A stretch of DNA of 64,000 bases. Origin: Octopus vulgaris (Eukaryota). The notes beneath the pieces are model-generated. The model saw nothing but the letters and a program-made list of their open reading frames with translations. It was not told the DNA's origin and made no database searches. The translations under genes were made by a program, and so were the position numbers. This document shows positions 1 to 13,020 of this stretch, piece by piece; position 1 is the stretch's first letter; every line of letters starts with the position of its first letter. The stretch spans positions 1,178,001-1,242,000 of the forward strand of contig OX597825.1 in the NCBI GenBank assembly GCA_951406725.2. Reading direction: 5' to 3'.

Positions 1-129
1 AAGTGGCTGGTGTTAGGATAGTCATCCATCTGATGAAACCGTGCCAAAGTAGAGAGAAGAGCTTGGTCAGCTTTTGTGAAAAGTGTCCAGCCCTTAGCCA
101 GTATGGAAGGCTGACATTAAGTGATAATC

Positions 130-345
130 CTTTCTACTATAGGCACAAAGCCTGAAATTAGGGGCAAGGGGAATAGTCGATTACATTGACCCTAGTGTTT
201 CACTGATACTTAATTTACCGACCCCAAAATGATGAAAGGCAAAGTCCATCTCGGTAGAGCTTGAACTCAGAATGTAAAGACGGACAAAATGCCACTTAGC
301 ATTTTTCTCAGCATGCTACTGATTCTGCCAGCTCATTGCCGTGTG
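130..345 (-). mobile_element. SINE copy (family with GCCTTTCATC..GGGGTCGATAAA..AGTAC core)
   Basis: Reverse strand has a GAGTTCAA B-box-like head and the same core seen at ~4790-4980, 36460-36670, 39990-40175 and 46400-46620. Confidence 0.7.
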
Positions 346-542
346 ACATTAAATGATGATGATGATGATGGTATCAGTGGGGCATAAAGCATTCCCACAG
401 ATTTACATTTAAGGAGAAAACATTTCTCACAACATGACTCAATAAGGTTTAAAAGAACACAGAAATAAGCAAAACTTAAATATATGAAAAACAAGTAACA
501 GAATTTAAATCTCCAAAAAGTAAAAAAAATACATCACACAGT

Positions 543-765
543 ATCATCATCATCATAATCGTTTAACGTCCGTTTTCCATGCTAGCATGGGTTGGACGGT
601 TCGACCGGTGTCTGGGAAGCCAGGCGGCTGCACCAGGCTCCACTCTGTGAGTGTAGTAGGTGCTTTTTAAGTGCCACCTGCACAGGTGCCAGGGGAGGCT
701 GGAAATGGCCACGATTGGTTGGTGCTTTTTATGTGCCACTGGCACGGAAGCCAGTCAATGCAGTG
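543..765 (-). mobile_element. RTE-3'-tail repeat ending in (ATG)n
   Basis: ccaacccatgctagcatggaaaacggacgttaaacgat(gat)n on the minus strand; same tail terminates the RTE at 23150-24580; many copies in window. Confidence 0.8.
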
Positions 766-2174
766 TTGAGAAAAATACTTATTTCTTGTCTTATGACTTC
801 CAAGAAGTATAGACGTCGACATAGAATATTATGGAGGCTTGGAATTAATAGAATTGTTAAAATGATGGTTAAACTGTCTTCCAGTATTTAGTTGCATACT
901 TTTTAAGATTGTGAATTCAAATTCTACCCAAATCAACTTTACCTTTCACCCTACCAGTTACCAACCAGGATGGCTCTTGCTTATCCATTCAAATTGGAAG
1001 TTTTGTATCGATGTTAGAAATCACCATTAAACAATGCTCTTAGAAAATAGATATAAACAAAATGGCATACATGTATTTTAAATGGCCATCATGACTATTC
1101 CATGATGTAATAGTTAGGAATATAACATCTTTTTTTACCTCCCCCCCCCAAACAAAACAAAACAAAAATATCCAGTAGTTCTGTACTTTAAACTTTCTTT
1201 TGATTTTCTTATATTGATTTGTGTTTGATCTTGAACCAGATAAAGTTGTTCGATGAACTTTGTTTACCATCTTCGGTGAGGAACTACTGATTAGCAACAC
1301 ATTTTTCTATGATAATGATAAATGTTTCTAAACCAAGATCTTAGTTCTTGCAGCTAATAAAATCCAAAGTAAAAATAAATAAAATAAAATAAAATAATGA
1401 AATAAAAATTAAAAAAAAAAGAAAAACAAAAAATATCTCAGCAATAAAAATAAAAGCAGTCTATAAAAAATAAACAAATAATAAGAGCAACAAACTCAAC
1501 AAAATACTTATAAAAGTTAACTCTGGTTATTAAATTAGCTCTATTTCACTTTATCTTTGTTTTTACTCCTCACTTTGGATGGATGATTAAATCTGTCAAA
1601 TGATGATAAATGTTACACTGAAATGAAAGATGCCATTTTGAATTTTGATGTTCGTTCTTTTTTCTAAATATGATTTATACTCTTTTCTTTATGGATTGTG
1701 ATAAACTTCTGTATAATGCACCACAAATTGATAAGCAGGCAATCAATATTTTATATGAAAACATACAATTTTACTGGTGTCTTGAGAGAAAACAAAAATA
1801 TTTTGCTTATATCAGAAAATTATGTAGATGATACAAGCAAAGAAATTTGATATATGCTCGTTTTCTCAAACAGTTTTGTAAAGTAATTTAAAAAGTAAGA
1901 GAAATTCATTGTGAATTTTATCTTTTCATACATCTCTGGATGAAAAATAAATAAATATAACTGTTTAATATCCATTACTAGAATAAGGGTTATTTGTTGT
2001 GCTATGGTGATAGAGAGAAAAAACAAGAGAGTCAAAGTATGTGCGCCTATATGTATGTCAGATACATACATAAACATACGTACAAAGATGCATGTGTATA
2101 AATGCATATATATAGATGCATATATATAGATGCATATACATTGATGCATATATATAAATGCATATATATATATC

Positions 2175-3167
2175 TGCGGATAGTTAATCAAGTCATTCAG
2201 GAGGATGTTGTACACAATGATTGGCATAACAGTATCATTGTAAACTGCCACATGGGTAAAGTTGATGCCTTAGAGAGAAACAGCTAGAGGGGAATCAAAC
2301 GTCTCGATCAAGTCATGAAGGTCATGGGGGAAGTCAAAGCCCAATTGATCCATGATAGAGTAGACCTGGATGAGATGCAGTTTGGCTTTGTTTCTGAAAG
2401 AGGCAACACAGATGCAATTTTCCTAGTGAGGCAACTACAAGAGAAATACCTGTCAAAACATAAATCACTATATCTGGATTTCATTTGATTTGGAGAAAGC
2501 ATTTGACAAGGTACCACATTCAGTAATCTGATGTACCCTGTCGAAACTAGGAGCAGATGAGTCACTTGTGCAGGCAGGGCAGTTCAGGCTATGTACAAGG
2601 ATGCAGCAAAATAAAGGGAGAATTGGCAAGGGCATACATGTTGAATTTAGAGTGAAGGTCCAGTCTTCAATGTTCCAATTCAATGTAGTCCTAAAAAGCT
2701 GTCACAGTAGAGTTTAGGATTGGCTGTCCATGGGGAACTCCTATATGCTGATGATCTCGTTCTCATAGCCGAATGCTAGGGGAATTAGGGAAGAAATTCC
2801 AAGCATGGAAGCTAAACTGGGAATTGAGAGGCCTTAAGGTAAACTTTTTAAACATGAAAGTTTTAGTAAGTAGGAAAGTACCTTCAGAGAAACGGTCTGG
2901 CTTGATATGCAGAAAATGAGTAGGTAAAAACTCCCTATACTACACTAAACGTAAGGTATGGACACAGAAGCAATGCTGTGGAATCACTGGCAGACTATTT
3001 AAAATATAAGTTTCATGGGCTGTAGATGGAGTAGTTCATATGAGGACATCATAAACTGAGTCTGTAAAATGTTCAGATGGCTCATTAGAAGCAGTTGCTA
3101 TCATTAAGGAGATGCAATTAGCATTGGAGTTGGTTGCTCTGTAGTTACAGTTGCCAGAATGAGAACT
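2175..3167 (+). mobile_element. Decayed RTE-clade LINE reverse transcriptase fragment
   Basis: Translations IVNQVIQEDVVHNDWHNSIIVNC, DEMQFGFVSERGNTDAIFLVRQLQEKYL, ELLYADDLVLIA; frameshifts and stops. Confidence 0.85.
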
Positions 3168-3296
3168 GGGCTGAGGGAGCAGACAGACATCATAGTTGGT
3201 ATAGTCGTTGCTTTACCAAACCTCATGATATTGCTTCTTATAAATCTTGATTTTTATGACTATACCAACTATGGTGTCTGTCTGCTCCCTCAGCCC
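3168..3296. repeat. 39-bp inverted repeat with ~51-bp spacer
   Basis: gggctgagggagcagacagacatcatagttggtatagtc (3168-3206) versus gactataccaactatggtgtctgtctgctccctcagccc (3258-3296), one mismatch. Confidence 0.95.
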
Positions 3297-3659
3297 TACC
3301 CCTAACAGATACAGCCCTCTGTTCTCTCAGCCTTAGATATACAAAGGTTTTGTTAAACTAGTTGATAAATTAGAACTAACCCCATAAAAACATAAAAAAT
3401 CTGTGACAAGCAGAGTCTGTAACAATGTATATCTTCTAGAAAAGCTTAGTAAATTCTATGCTGGAGTAAGAACAGCATATTCTTTGTCTATCTCCTTAAC
3501 TTCTTGGAGATTTTAGGTATAATTATACTAATGTGTCCATCTGTTCTAATTTAATTAAATTCTATGTCTTTGTGCAACTGAAGATTGCTCTACATTTTAA
3601 ACTGATGTAATCATTGCATTGTTCAATTAAATGGAGTTGCATGAAACGATCGTACTGCA

Positions 3660-4440
3660 TACCTGTCACAACTCCAAGTATCTTACTCCCTTCCCTCACT
3701 CTGTATCCCACTTCCTCAGCCAACCCCCTCATCCACTATCACATGTGATCCCAGATCCTTAAAAACACTTACCTCCTCTAACATCTCACCATTTATACTC
3801 ACATCCATCCTATCAGCCATTCCATCTTCTAAACATCTCATCACCTTACTCCTAGCTACATTCACTTTCAGTTTCCTCCTCTCACACACTCTTCCAAACT
3901 CTACCACCAGTCTCCATGGTTGCTCTTCTGAATCCGCCACCAGTGCTGTATCAATCAGCAAACAACTGACTCACCTGCCATTCTCTCCATTTTCTCCCAC
4001 CATTTGGGCTCCCCTACCAAAGGTTCTAGCATTTACCTCTCACCACACTATCCATATATATACACTCACTTATATATACACTCACTTATATACACTCACT
4101 ATCCATATATATACACTCACTTACCACCCACTTTCTCTATAAAAACTCTGAACAGCTCTCAACAATCTACCATCAATACCTGCTACATTGCATCCCTATC
4201 TTCATGGTCACATGCCTTCTTTAAGTCCATAAAGGCCCTATACATCTCCCTCCCTTTTGCCAAAAACTTCTCATACATCTGTCTTACTACAAATACTTGA
4301 TCTGCACATGCCCTTCAACTCCTAAAGCCACACTGCTCCTCCCCGAGTACACTCTCTGTCTGGTTCCTCATCCTTACAATCGGAATTCTTCCATACAGTT
4401 TACCAACCTCGCACAACAGACTTATACCCCTTACAATCTT
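3660..4440 (-). mobile_element. Decayed RTE-clade LINE RT fragment (different subfamily from 2175-3167)
   Basis: ORF peptides RGISLLCEVGKLYGRI..LGEEQCGFRS and DTALVADSEE..VEFGRVCERRKLKVNVARSKVM..LEEVSVFKDLGS; small atatatacactcact tandem insert at ~4050-4120. Confidence 0.85.
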
Positions 4441-4936
4441 GAAGTTATGACTTTGATACCTGGACCAGGCTGTGTGTTGTGTTCTTGAGCAGGACACTTT
4501 ATTTCACATTGCTCCAGTCAACTAAGCTTTAGAAATGAGTTGCGATGTCACTGGTGCCAAGCTGTATTGGCCTTTGCCTTTCCATTGGACAACATCAGTG
4601 GCATGGAAAAGGGGAAGCTGGTATGCATCGGTGACTGCTGGTCTTTCACAAACAATCTTGCCCAGACTTGCGTCTCAGAGCACTTTCTAAATGCAATCCC
4701 ATGGTCATTCATGACTGAAAGGGGTCTAAGCAAAGTAGGAAAAGCTACAGATATATATATTTCTTTATTGCCCACAAAGGGCTAAACATAGAGGGGACAA
4801 ACAAGGAGAGACAAATGGATTAAGTCGATTACATCGACCCCAGTGCGAAACTGGTACTTTATTTATCGACCCTGAAAGGATGGAAGGCAAAGTCGATCTC
4901 AGTGGAATTTGAACTCAGAACGTAAAGACAGATGAA

Positions 4937-4980
4937 ATACCGCTAAGCATTTCACCTGGCATGCTAATGTGTCTGCCAGC

Positions 4981-5011
<31 letters not shown>

Positions 5012-5130
5012 CATCATCATCATCATCATCATCATCATCGTTTGATGATGATGATGATGATGATATATATATATATATATATATATATGTAGCTGGCAGA
5101 CACATTAGCATGCCAGGTGAAATGCTTAGC

Positions 5131-5135
<5 letters not shown>
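4937..5135. repeat. Near-perfect ~200-bp palindrome (SINE end + (AT)n + (ATC)n mirrored)
   Basis: ataccgctaagcatttcacctggcatgctaatgtgtctgccagctac(at)n(atc)n gttt (gat)n(at)n gtagctggcagacacattagcatgccaggtgaaatgcttagcggtat. Confidence 0.97.
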
Positions 5136-5163
<28 letters not shown>

Positions 5164-5834
5164 CTATTCCAAGTGTATGTCCTACTGGATCTCAGTCAGT
5201 TCAATTTGGACTGAAGAGACTCTAAAAGCTTCAGTTATTGTTAGTGTTGTTTCATCCACAGCCTGGATCCAACAGAGCTGTGATCGAAGGCATCACTACT
5301 GTGACTATTCTGCAAGTTATTTTCTTTCTTAGAAATAGTCAACCCAAAATGACATTCTCCACCATGTCTTCAGTTTCTGAATAGGGTAAGGTGGGATTTG
5401 AAGGATTAGTGCATTGCTACATGTAGCTGGCCATGTGACCACATAGAATCTCCTTTCATTACTCAAGACCATCTTAATTTACAAGATAGCTCTCTTGCCA
5501 AGTTAAAACTCAAGTCCATCAACCTATGCTTCTTAACTTCTGAATTACGAAAGATGTCAATAGAACACTTTGTTTTCAATTGCTCTCATGACTTACTACA
5601 ATGCACCACTTGAAAGCTATTTTGTTTTATTGGTTTCTAACTTTGGCACAGAACAAACAACCCCAGTACTTGTCTGGTTCTTATTTTTTCAGCCTTGCAA
5701 TTTTGACAGGATTTGAACTCAGAATATAAAGGAACACCACAAAATATACCACTCAGCATTTTGTATAATGTTCTATCAATTCTACCAGTTTTTAACCTTA
5801 AAACTGCTGTAATATATTGAGCAGGGAGCCATTG

Positions 5835-6095
5835 GGAGTAAGGTGATGAGATGTTTAGGAGATGGAATGGCCGGTAGGATGGATATGAGTATAAATGGTG
5901 AGATGTTAGAGGAGGTGAGTGTTTTTAAGGATCTGGGATCACATGTGATAGTGGATGGGGGGGGTTGGCTGAGGAAGTGGGATACAGAGTGAGGGAGGGG
6001 AGTAAGATACTTGGAGTTGTGACAGGTATGCCGTATGATCGTTTCATGCAACTCCATTTAATTGAACAATGCAATGATTACATCAGTTTAAAATG
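5835..6095 (+). repeat. Inverted duplicate of 3593-3852 (RTE fragment plus its flank)
   Basis: Reverse complement aligns along ~260 bp with scattered substitutions, including the non-RT flank tttaaactgatgtaatcattgcattgttcaattaaatggagttgcatgaaacgatc. Confidence 0.95.
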
Positions 6096-8493
6096 GGAGT
6101 TGGATCACTTTTTAGAGTTATAGAACACCGTGTAGGAAGTGTCTGAGGGTATGACAGAAAAGTATCCATAAAAATGGCCCAGAAAGAGAAGTAGAAAGCA
6201 GATTCCACGATGTCTAAGCTCAGTTTACAATGGCACAAAGCTACAATTTCAGTAGAGGAAGAAGATATAATCAATTAAAGGAATCTCAACATTTAATTGC
6301 TTCATTAGCTGGTGATTTGATCAATCCCATTAGTATAGAAGACAAAGTTGATGTTGGTGGGATTAGAACCCAGAACATAAGGAGTCGTAAATAGAATAAA
6401 TGGCATAAGCATTTTGTACAATACTCCAATGACCCATCAAATCATTGCACACTTTATGTCAAATAGCAACAGGGAAAAGAAGTTGTGAGGGAAAGAATAG
6501 TTTCTACATTTCTTTAGCTTCTTTGTAGTGTTTGTCCATCTCGTTGCATGTAATTGCAGCTATGATACCTGTCTCCTTCCTGAGCCACACCAGCATAACC
6601 TCTCTACTCCCAATCTTCACATGTTCACTTGTGTTGTCATATTTATATAAAAATAACCTCATGTTTACATAAACGTTTTCAGAATCTTATCAAAGAACAT
6701 CATTTTATTTTTGTGACAATAAGATTATTTAAAATGACATTTGGAAATCTTGACTGTCATATGTCATGTGTAGTGAAGCATTATTCTGAAGCTGAACACA
6801 AAGAAACTCAAACCTCCATCATTTCCACTACATAGGAACCTATAATTGTAATAGCACTAGCTAAATACGCACAACATACAGAGGAATAAAATAAAATACA
6901 TCTTTTAAATAGCTGAGATAAATTTTAAAAAAAGACCAAATTCAGAGAAACATTGATTGGTTAATTTATATTCATTAACTAAATACTTACAAAATAAAAA
7001 TAACAGCTGTTATTATAAAAGCTATATTGTTACTCTTATCAGACTTCTATGCAATAATTTCCCATTTAGATATTCACTTGATTACATCTGGTTATATTCT
7101 TTAAAACTTCTTTATAAAATACATTTCACTGTGCACTTTCCTGTAAATTTTCTTGGCTGAAATTTTTTCTTTTCTCTCTCAACTTAATACATATTGCTTT
7201 CAACTCTGAATATTAATTTAAAATTTAATACCAACTGTTTCATACCAATATAATATAGTGTCATTTGTTTATATATTTTAAACATTTAAAATTATTATTT
7301 TCTTATCAAATCCATAAATCTTTACTGCTTTTCTATTTATTGAGCGATTATTCATTTAAAATAAAGTTATCATTTTCATTCTTTTCATGATGAAGCTACA
7401 GGGGGCGCTGAACACACAAACCCACACATACACAGACAAACGAATTTTTTTCATTTTTAACTGGGGAAAAAATCTAAAATGTGGAAAAAGAACAAAAAAA
7501 AAAACAAAATCATACTCTATGTGATGGAACTGATAAAATTCAATGAAAATGAAGTTAATAATAGCTGCAATGATGATATTAAAGTCATCATTAATATCAA
7601 ATGTTTTTTTTTTTTTAAATAAATAAACAATAAGATTTTCATATTTTTCTATTATATATATTTTTTAAATGCTAAACAATTTATGGAGATTTTTGTATCA
7701 TATAGCATGAAAATATTTTTAGGTACTTTTTCATTGCATCTTTGTTTCCCATTCCTGGGATTCAGAATTTGTCTAGAATTTGTTATCATCATCATCAGCT
7801 GCAGGATAGTGTATTGATATAATCTTTAGAGTATCAGAGAAAATGCCTTGCAGTATTTGTCCAGACATCTGATGTTCTGAGTTCAAAACCCTCCAGGGTT
7901 AACTTTGCCTTCCATGATTCTAGCATCAATTAAATAAAGTCAAACGACGGGGCAATATAATTGATTGGTCCCTTCTTATTTCTGGTTTGAGCCTTTTGCT
8001 AGAAGTAATGACCGATTGAGTGAAGAAGGAAGTCTGGTGCATCTTCTCTGAGAAATGGGCAACAGACCATGAAATACTCCATTAGGAAACAACCATCTTC
8101 CTTTATTCCCATATTGATACCATAAAAGGAGTAGATTTATATTCTCATTGCAGCAACAGAGAGACTTTTGAATATTCACCTTTATTTTAAATCTGATTAA
8201 CATTGTGTTATGCATAAAATAAGATATTTCTAAATTAAGTATGAACCGTCATAGGCCCAAAGGTGAGTTGTGCTGTCTACTAATGTTTCTTGACTGCTTT
8301 ATGTTTCTCCTGACCAATGCTTTTGAGTGGAGAAGGAGGCTGGTTATGTCTTCTTTGGGGAGAGATGAATAAACTGGGAAACAGTCTGTCAGAAGAATCT
8401 CTCCCTCTTTTTTTCTATATATCAATAGCATAGAAAAAACATGTTAACATTCTAATGCACAGTAATGCTTTCTAATATATATATATATGTGTT

Positions 8494-8555
<62 letters not shown>

Positions 8556-8581
8556 CTGATGCATTGATAGACATATAAATA

Positions 8582-8990
8582 CAGGTGTGGCTGTGTGGTC
8601 ATGAAATTTGCTCCTCAACCACCTGACTTTATGTTCAGTCCCATTGTGTGGCACTTTGGGCAAATTTCTTCCACTAAAGACTCGGTCTAACCAAAGCCTT
8701 GTGATTGGATTTGCTATGTATACACATGTGTGTGTGTGAGAGTCTGCTTGTCTTGACATTGTATGACAGTTGTAAATGAGTGTCACTGCCACATAAGCAA
8801 TGTCCTTTGTCACCAATCATGTCTGGTGAAGGGGAAATATTTCTTAGTTGGAAACAGGTGAGGATTTGTGACAGGAAAGGTATCCAACCGTATAAAATCT
8901 TCCTCAACTCTTTCTGTCCAACCCATGCAAGCAAGGAAAATTGAAATTAAAAAAAAAACATTTATATATATATATATCACCATCATCATC
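8582..8990 (+). mobile_element. CORE-type tRNA-derived SINE, composite with internal microsatellite
   Basis: gtggctgtgtggt A-box-like, gttcagtccc B-box-like, ttgggcaa core; tail ccaacccatgcaagc. Confidence 0.75.
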
Positions 8991-9255
8991 ATCATCGTCG
9001 TCGTTTAATGTCTGCTTTCCATGCTAGCATGGGTTGGACGATTTGATTGAAGACTGGCGAACAAGATGGCTGCACCAGGCTCCAATCTTGATTTGGCAGA
9101 GTTTCTACAGCTGAATGCCACTCCGAGAGTGTAGTGGGTGCTTTTACGTGCCACCGGCACGAGGGCCAGTCAGGCGGTACTGGCAACGGTATTAGAAAAT
9201 TGTGTTTTTTTTTTTTACGTGTCACCTGCACACTGGCACAAGTGCCAGTAAGGCG

Positions 9256-9290
<35 letters not shown>

Positions 9291-9924
9291 CGCATATAAG
9301 CTGTAATATTTAGAAGGTTGTTTGTTACTCTCTCACTGGCCATAACAAATAACCTCCTAAACATATATATATGTATGTATATATATATATGTATGTATAT
9401 ATATATATTGTTACTACTTATTTTTATACATGCTACAGTAGTGCTGCAGTTCTGTTTTATATATGCTGCAACTGCAATGTAGTTGTGTGTGAAGACACAT
9501 AGTCCAATGGTTAGTGTTGAACTCACAATCTTAAGGTCATGGGTTTGGTTCCTGGGTCAGTTTGCATTTTGTATCTTTAAGCAGAAGCAGTTAATTTCTT
9601 CATGTTTCTTCAGTGTACTCATCTGAAACGAGTAGCATCCGAGTGTTAGTGCAGCCCTCACCCACTTCAGTTGTCACACCTGTGACATTGTGTCTACAGA
9701 GGGGGAGCTCAGAAGGTGTCTCAGTCTGCTTGTGACTGCATAAATACACAAAGCAATGAGTGAAAGCATGGGGCATACAACCAACTGATATTGACTTCTC
9801 TCTCACTCTAGTTATGCTGCAGGGGTACTGTAGCCATGCATCATACATGCTGCAGGAAGTTATGTAATCATGTGTCATACTATTATAGTAAGGTAATTCC
9901 ACACATACACACACACATATATAT

Positions 9925-10235
9925 ATCATCATCATCATCATCATCGTTTAGCATCCGCTTTCCATGCTAGCATGGGTTGGACGGTTCAACTGGGGTCTGG
10001 GAAGCCAGAAGGCTGCACCAGGCCCAGTCTGATCTGGCAATGTTTCTATGGCTGGATTCCCTTCCTAACGCCAACCACTCCATGAGTGTAGTGGGTGCTT
10101 TTATGTGCCACCAGCACAGGTGCCAGATGGTGCTTTTTACATGCCACCGGTATGGGGGCCAGGTGAGGCTGGCAATGGCCACGATCAGATGGTGCTTTTT
10201 ACGTGCCACTGGCACGAGGCCAGTCGGGGCGGCAC
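9925..10235 (-). mobile_element. RTE-3'-tail repeat
   Basis: Same tail as 543-765; truncated where the inverted repeat starts at 10236. Confidence 0.8.
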
Positions 10236-10444
10236 TAGAAAAAACTGACCTTTTATCAATTCAAAATGAACAATTAAATTACACCATCTAGAAAAATAAA
10301 AAATAAAATAACAATAATATACCAATGATTAAGTAAATTGCAAAATAATAATTAAAACGTATATATTTGGTAGAATATATACATTTTTTCTAGATGGTGT
10401 AATTTAATTGTTCATTTTAAATTGATAAAAGGTGTTTTTTTCTA
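10236..10444. repeat. ~60-bp inverted repeat, ~88-bp spacer
   Basis: accttttatcaattcaaaatgaacaattaaattacaccatctagaaaaa versus tttttctagatggtgtaatttaattgttcattttaaattgataaaaggt. Confidence 0.95.
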
Positions 10445-12322
10445 ATTTTTATATATATATGTTATATTTTGTGAAATTTGATTTAATATTTCTAAATTGA
10501 ATTTTTCCCTGTAAGTTAGGGATAATATTCCCTCAAATAATTATTATTATTATATATATATATCAGTGTTAAGGCAGCCCCCCCCCGGTGAAGAGGATTG
10601 ATCTTAAGAGCCCTGTGCCAGTGCCATGTAAAAGCACTCATGTGGTGCCACATTAAAAGCACACGGCACATACTGCAAACTGGTTGGCACTAGGAAGGGC
10701 ATCCAGCTGTAGAAACCAAGCCAAATTAGACTAGAGCCTGGTGCAGCTCTTCAGCTTCCCAGCTCTGGTGAAACCATCCAACCCATGCCAGCATGGAAAA
10801 CGAATGTTAAAGGATGACAATGATGACGACGAGGATGATATAAATATAAACACACTTTTATGTTTTTATATCTCTTTGACCACATTGGCTGGATACCGTT
10901 TCCCTTTTAAACTTATCACAAAGTGGTTCTTGCTCAAATTCTGAAATCTAAGGTTTAAAACATCACTTAACCCCTTCCAGCTATTCCTTTGATACCAATG
11001 CATTTTTTTGCTTTGTATTCCTGCTAAAAGTTCGTTAAAATAAGATATAAAGAAATATGCTGGATCAGCTGAATTGTTTTACTTTATTCTTCAGTCCAGA
11101 TAGAAAATGCTGGACATTGTTCAGATGAAACGGCGTTTGAGTCAGATGCTTTCGTTTATCTGGTTTGATGTTTCACATTTCTCATTTCACATCCTACTCG
11201 AGTAGAAATATACTTATTCATCTGAGATTGTTAAAATAAATACCAGCATTAGTTGTTGTTGCTTAGCTCCAAGTCAGTATTCACAAGCAAATCTGATAAA
11301 CAAGACTAAAATACAAAGGATCTTCCATGCGGTCATGTAACTACTAGAAACAGCAACCAAATTTCCTCTGAAATACATCTTACTGTCTTAAAAAAGAAAA
11401 AGGACACATTGGAGTAATGTAGTCCTAAATCTAATATGTTGAAGTGAAGATGGGATGGTCATGGCGGGAATAAATTTGCTATTTGGTGCACTTAATTAAG
11501 GACTAAATGACAACAGCCGCAATTAGAAAAGTTTCAATTTGAAATCAACCAAACTATTTATTATTTGTTTCATAGACAGTATGATGCTTAGAAACAGGAC
11601 TGTATACAAATAGATATAGATACAATGCTACATACCAGACACATACACACAGACACAAACACACACACACACATACTGTCAATTAAAATAGTGAAATGAG
11701 TTTTAATTTTATAGTTGAATAAGTTTTGAAAACAGGAAGAAAAACCACTTTTTTCTGTCACAATATCAATACTTGTGACATATTAAACTCAAGATAAAAC
11801 TCACATCACTAACATATATTAAATTTGTTTTTTGAAATGAATTTCTCTATATTCAATTTTTTTTTTTCCGTTCTTGATTTATTTAGCAAAGATATTTTGT
11901 TGATTTTTCAGAGGGGTAAAACAAAATAAAATAAACACATCTATACATTGATATTTCCTTCTTTTAAATTCAGCTATAAGAACTCTATATGTTTTTTTCC
12001 TTAAATTTTCAGAATAAAAATAGTTAAGAAAAGCCAAAGTAAAACTTAGCTGCACGTGTAGAAAATCAAAGAATGCTGTCGACATTTCTTAAATGCTGCT
12101 GGATTTTTTCTGATAATATATATTATGAAATCAACTTCTTTGATATCTATATCATGGAAGCAGTCTATTGATTTTGAATCCTTTCAATGTTAAACATTTC
12201 CTTGTAAGTTTTTAAATTGATTTAAAATCCTAGCTGTATGCAGGTCTTTAACAAGTTTATGTTGACACAATACATGTTTTATTATTTTCCAAACACACAA
12301 CCTTACACACACAGATATATAA

Positions 12323-12356
<34 letters not shown>

Positions 12357-12359
12357 GTA

Positions 12360-13020
12360 GAGTATCCCCCAGAATGTATATATACTTTGAATGGTTATAA
12401 AGTCAGTGTCTATTTAGATGCATTTCATCTTCAAAACTTAATAGAATATACTGAGATTTTAATTTTTTTATGTATGCATGTTTTCAAACTGATGATTGTT
12501 CCGGTCTAGGCATTACTGATAAAATGGAGCAATAGAATCGGAATCACCAAAAACATTCTGTTTGGTATTTCTGTGCATTCTTGTTCAATGGCTGCCACCA
12601 TTTCATCGACTGCTGCTGGTTTTACAGTCATAAATTTTATTTTTTAAGTATCCTTATGAAAAAACAATGTCCATGGGGGTTTGGTCTGGTGAATGTGAAG
12701 TATTTTATTAAACCTTTTCATCCAAACCACTTCTCTGGAAAAATCCCAGCTCATTTCTTTGGTAGTGTAGAGTTGCCTTGTCCTGCTAGAAATAAAATCT
12801 TCACATTTCAGGGTCCTCTTGAATATTTGTCACATCAGATTGTCACAGCAAGTTCAAATAAACCAAACTGACCACAGTAGTATCAAAAAGGGTTAGGGTC
12901 CAATTAATACTTTTGATGATAAGCTGCTCCATATATTTACCAAGTCCTGGTAAATTAATCTGATGTTCCTTCATAATATGCAGTTTTCATATCCTCAGCA
13001 GGTGCAACTGCGACATTAGG
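12360..13020 (-). mobile_element. Tc1/mariner-superfamily transposase remnant (C-terminal DDE/D part plus probable terminus)
   Basis: Minus-strand peptides WSSLSSKVLIGP..FDTTV..VYLNLL, FYF*QDKA, HSPDQTPMD, GYLKNKIYDCK, CLDRNNHQFEN match the WCG..GLIGP / FQQDGA / SPDLTPxD / GYLKxxVY motifs; degraded. Confidence 0.8.

Noticed and set aside
1040-1352. Possible minus-strand exon after a long pyrimidine tract
   Set aside because: Early stops in all frames from the best acceptor and only a weak donor
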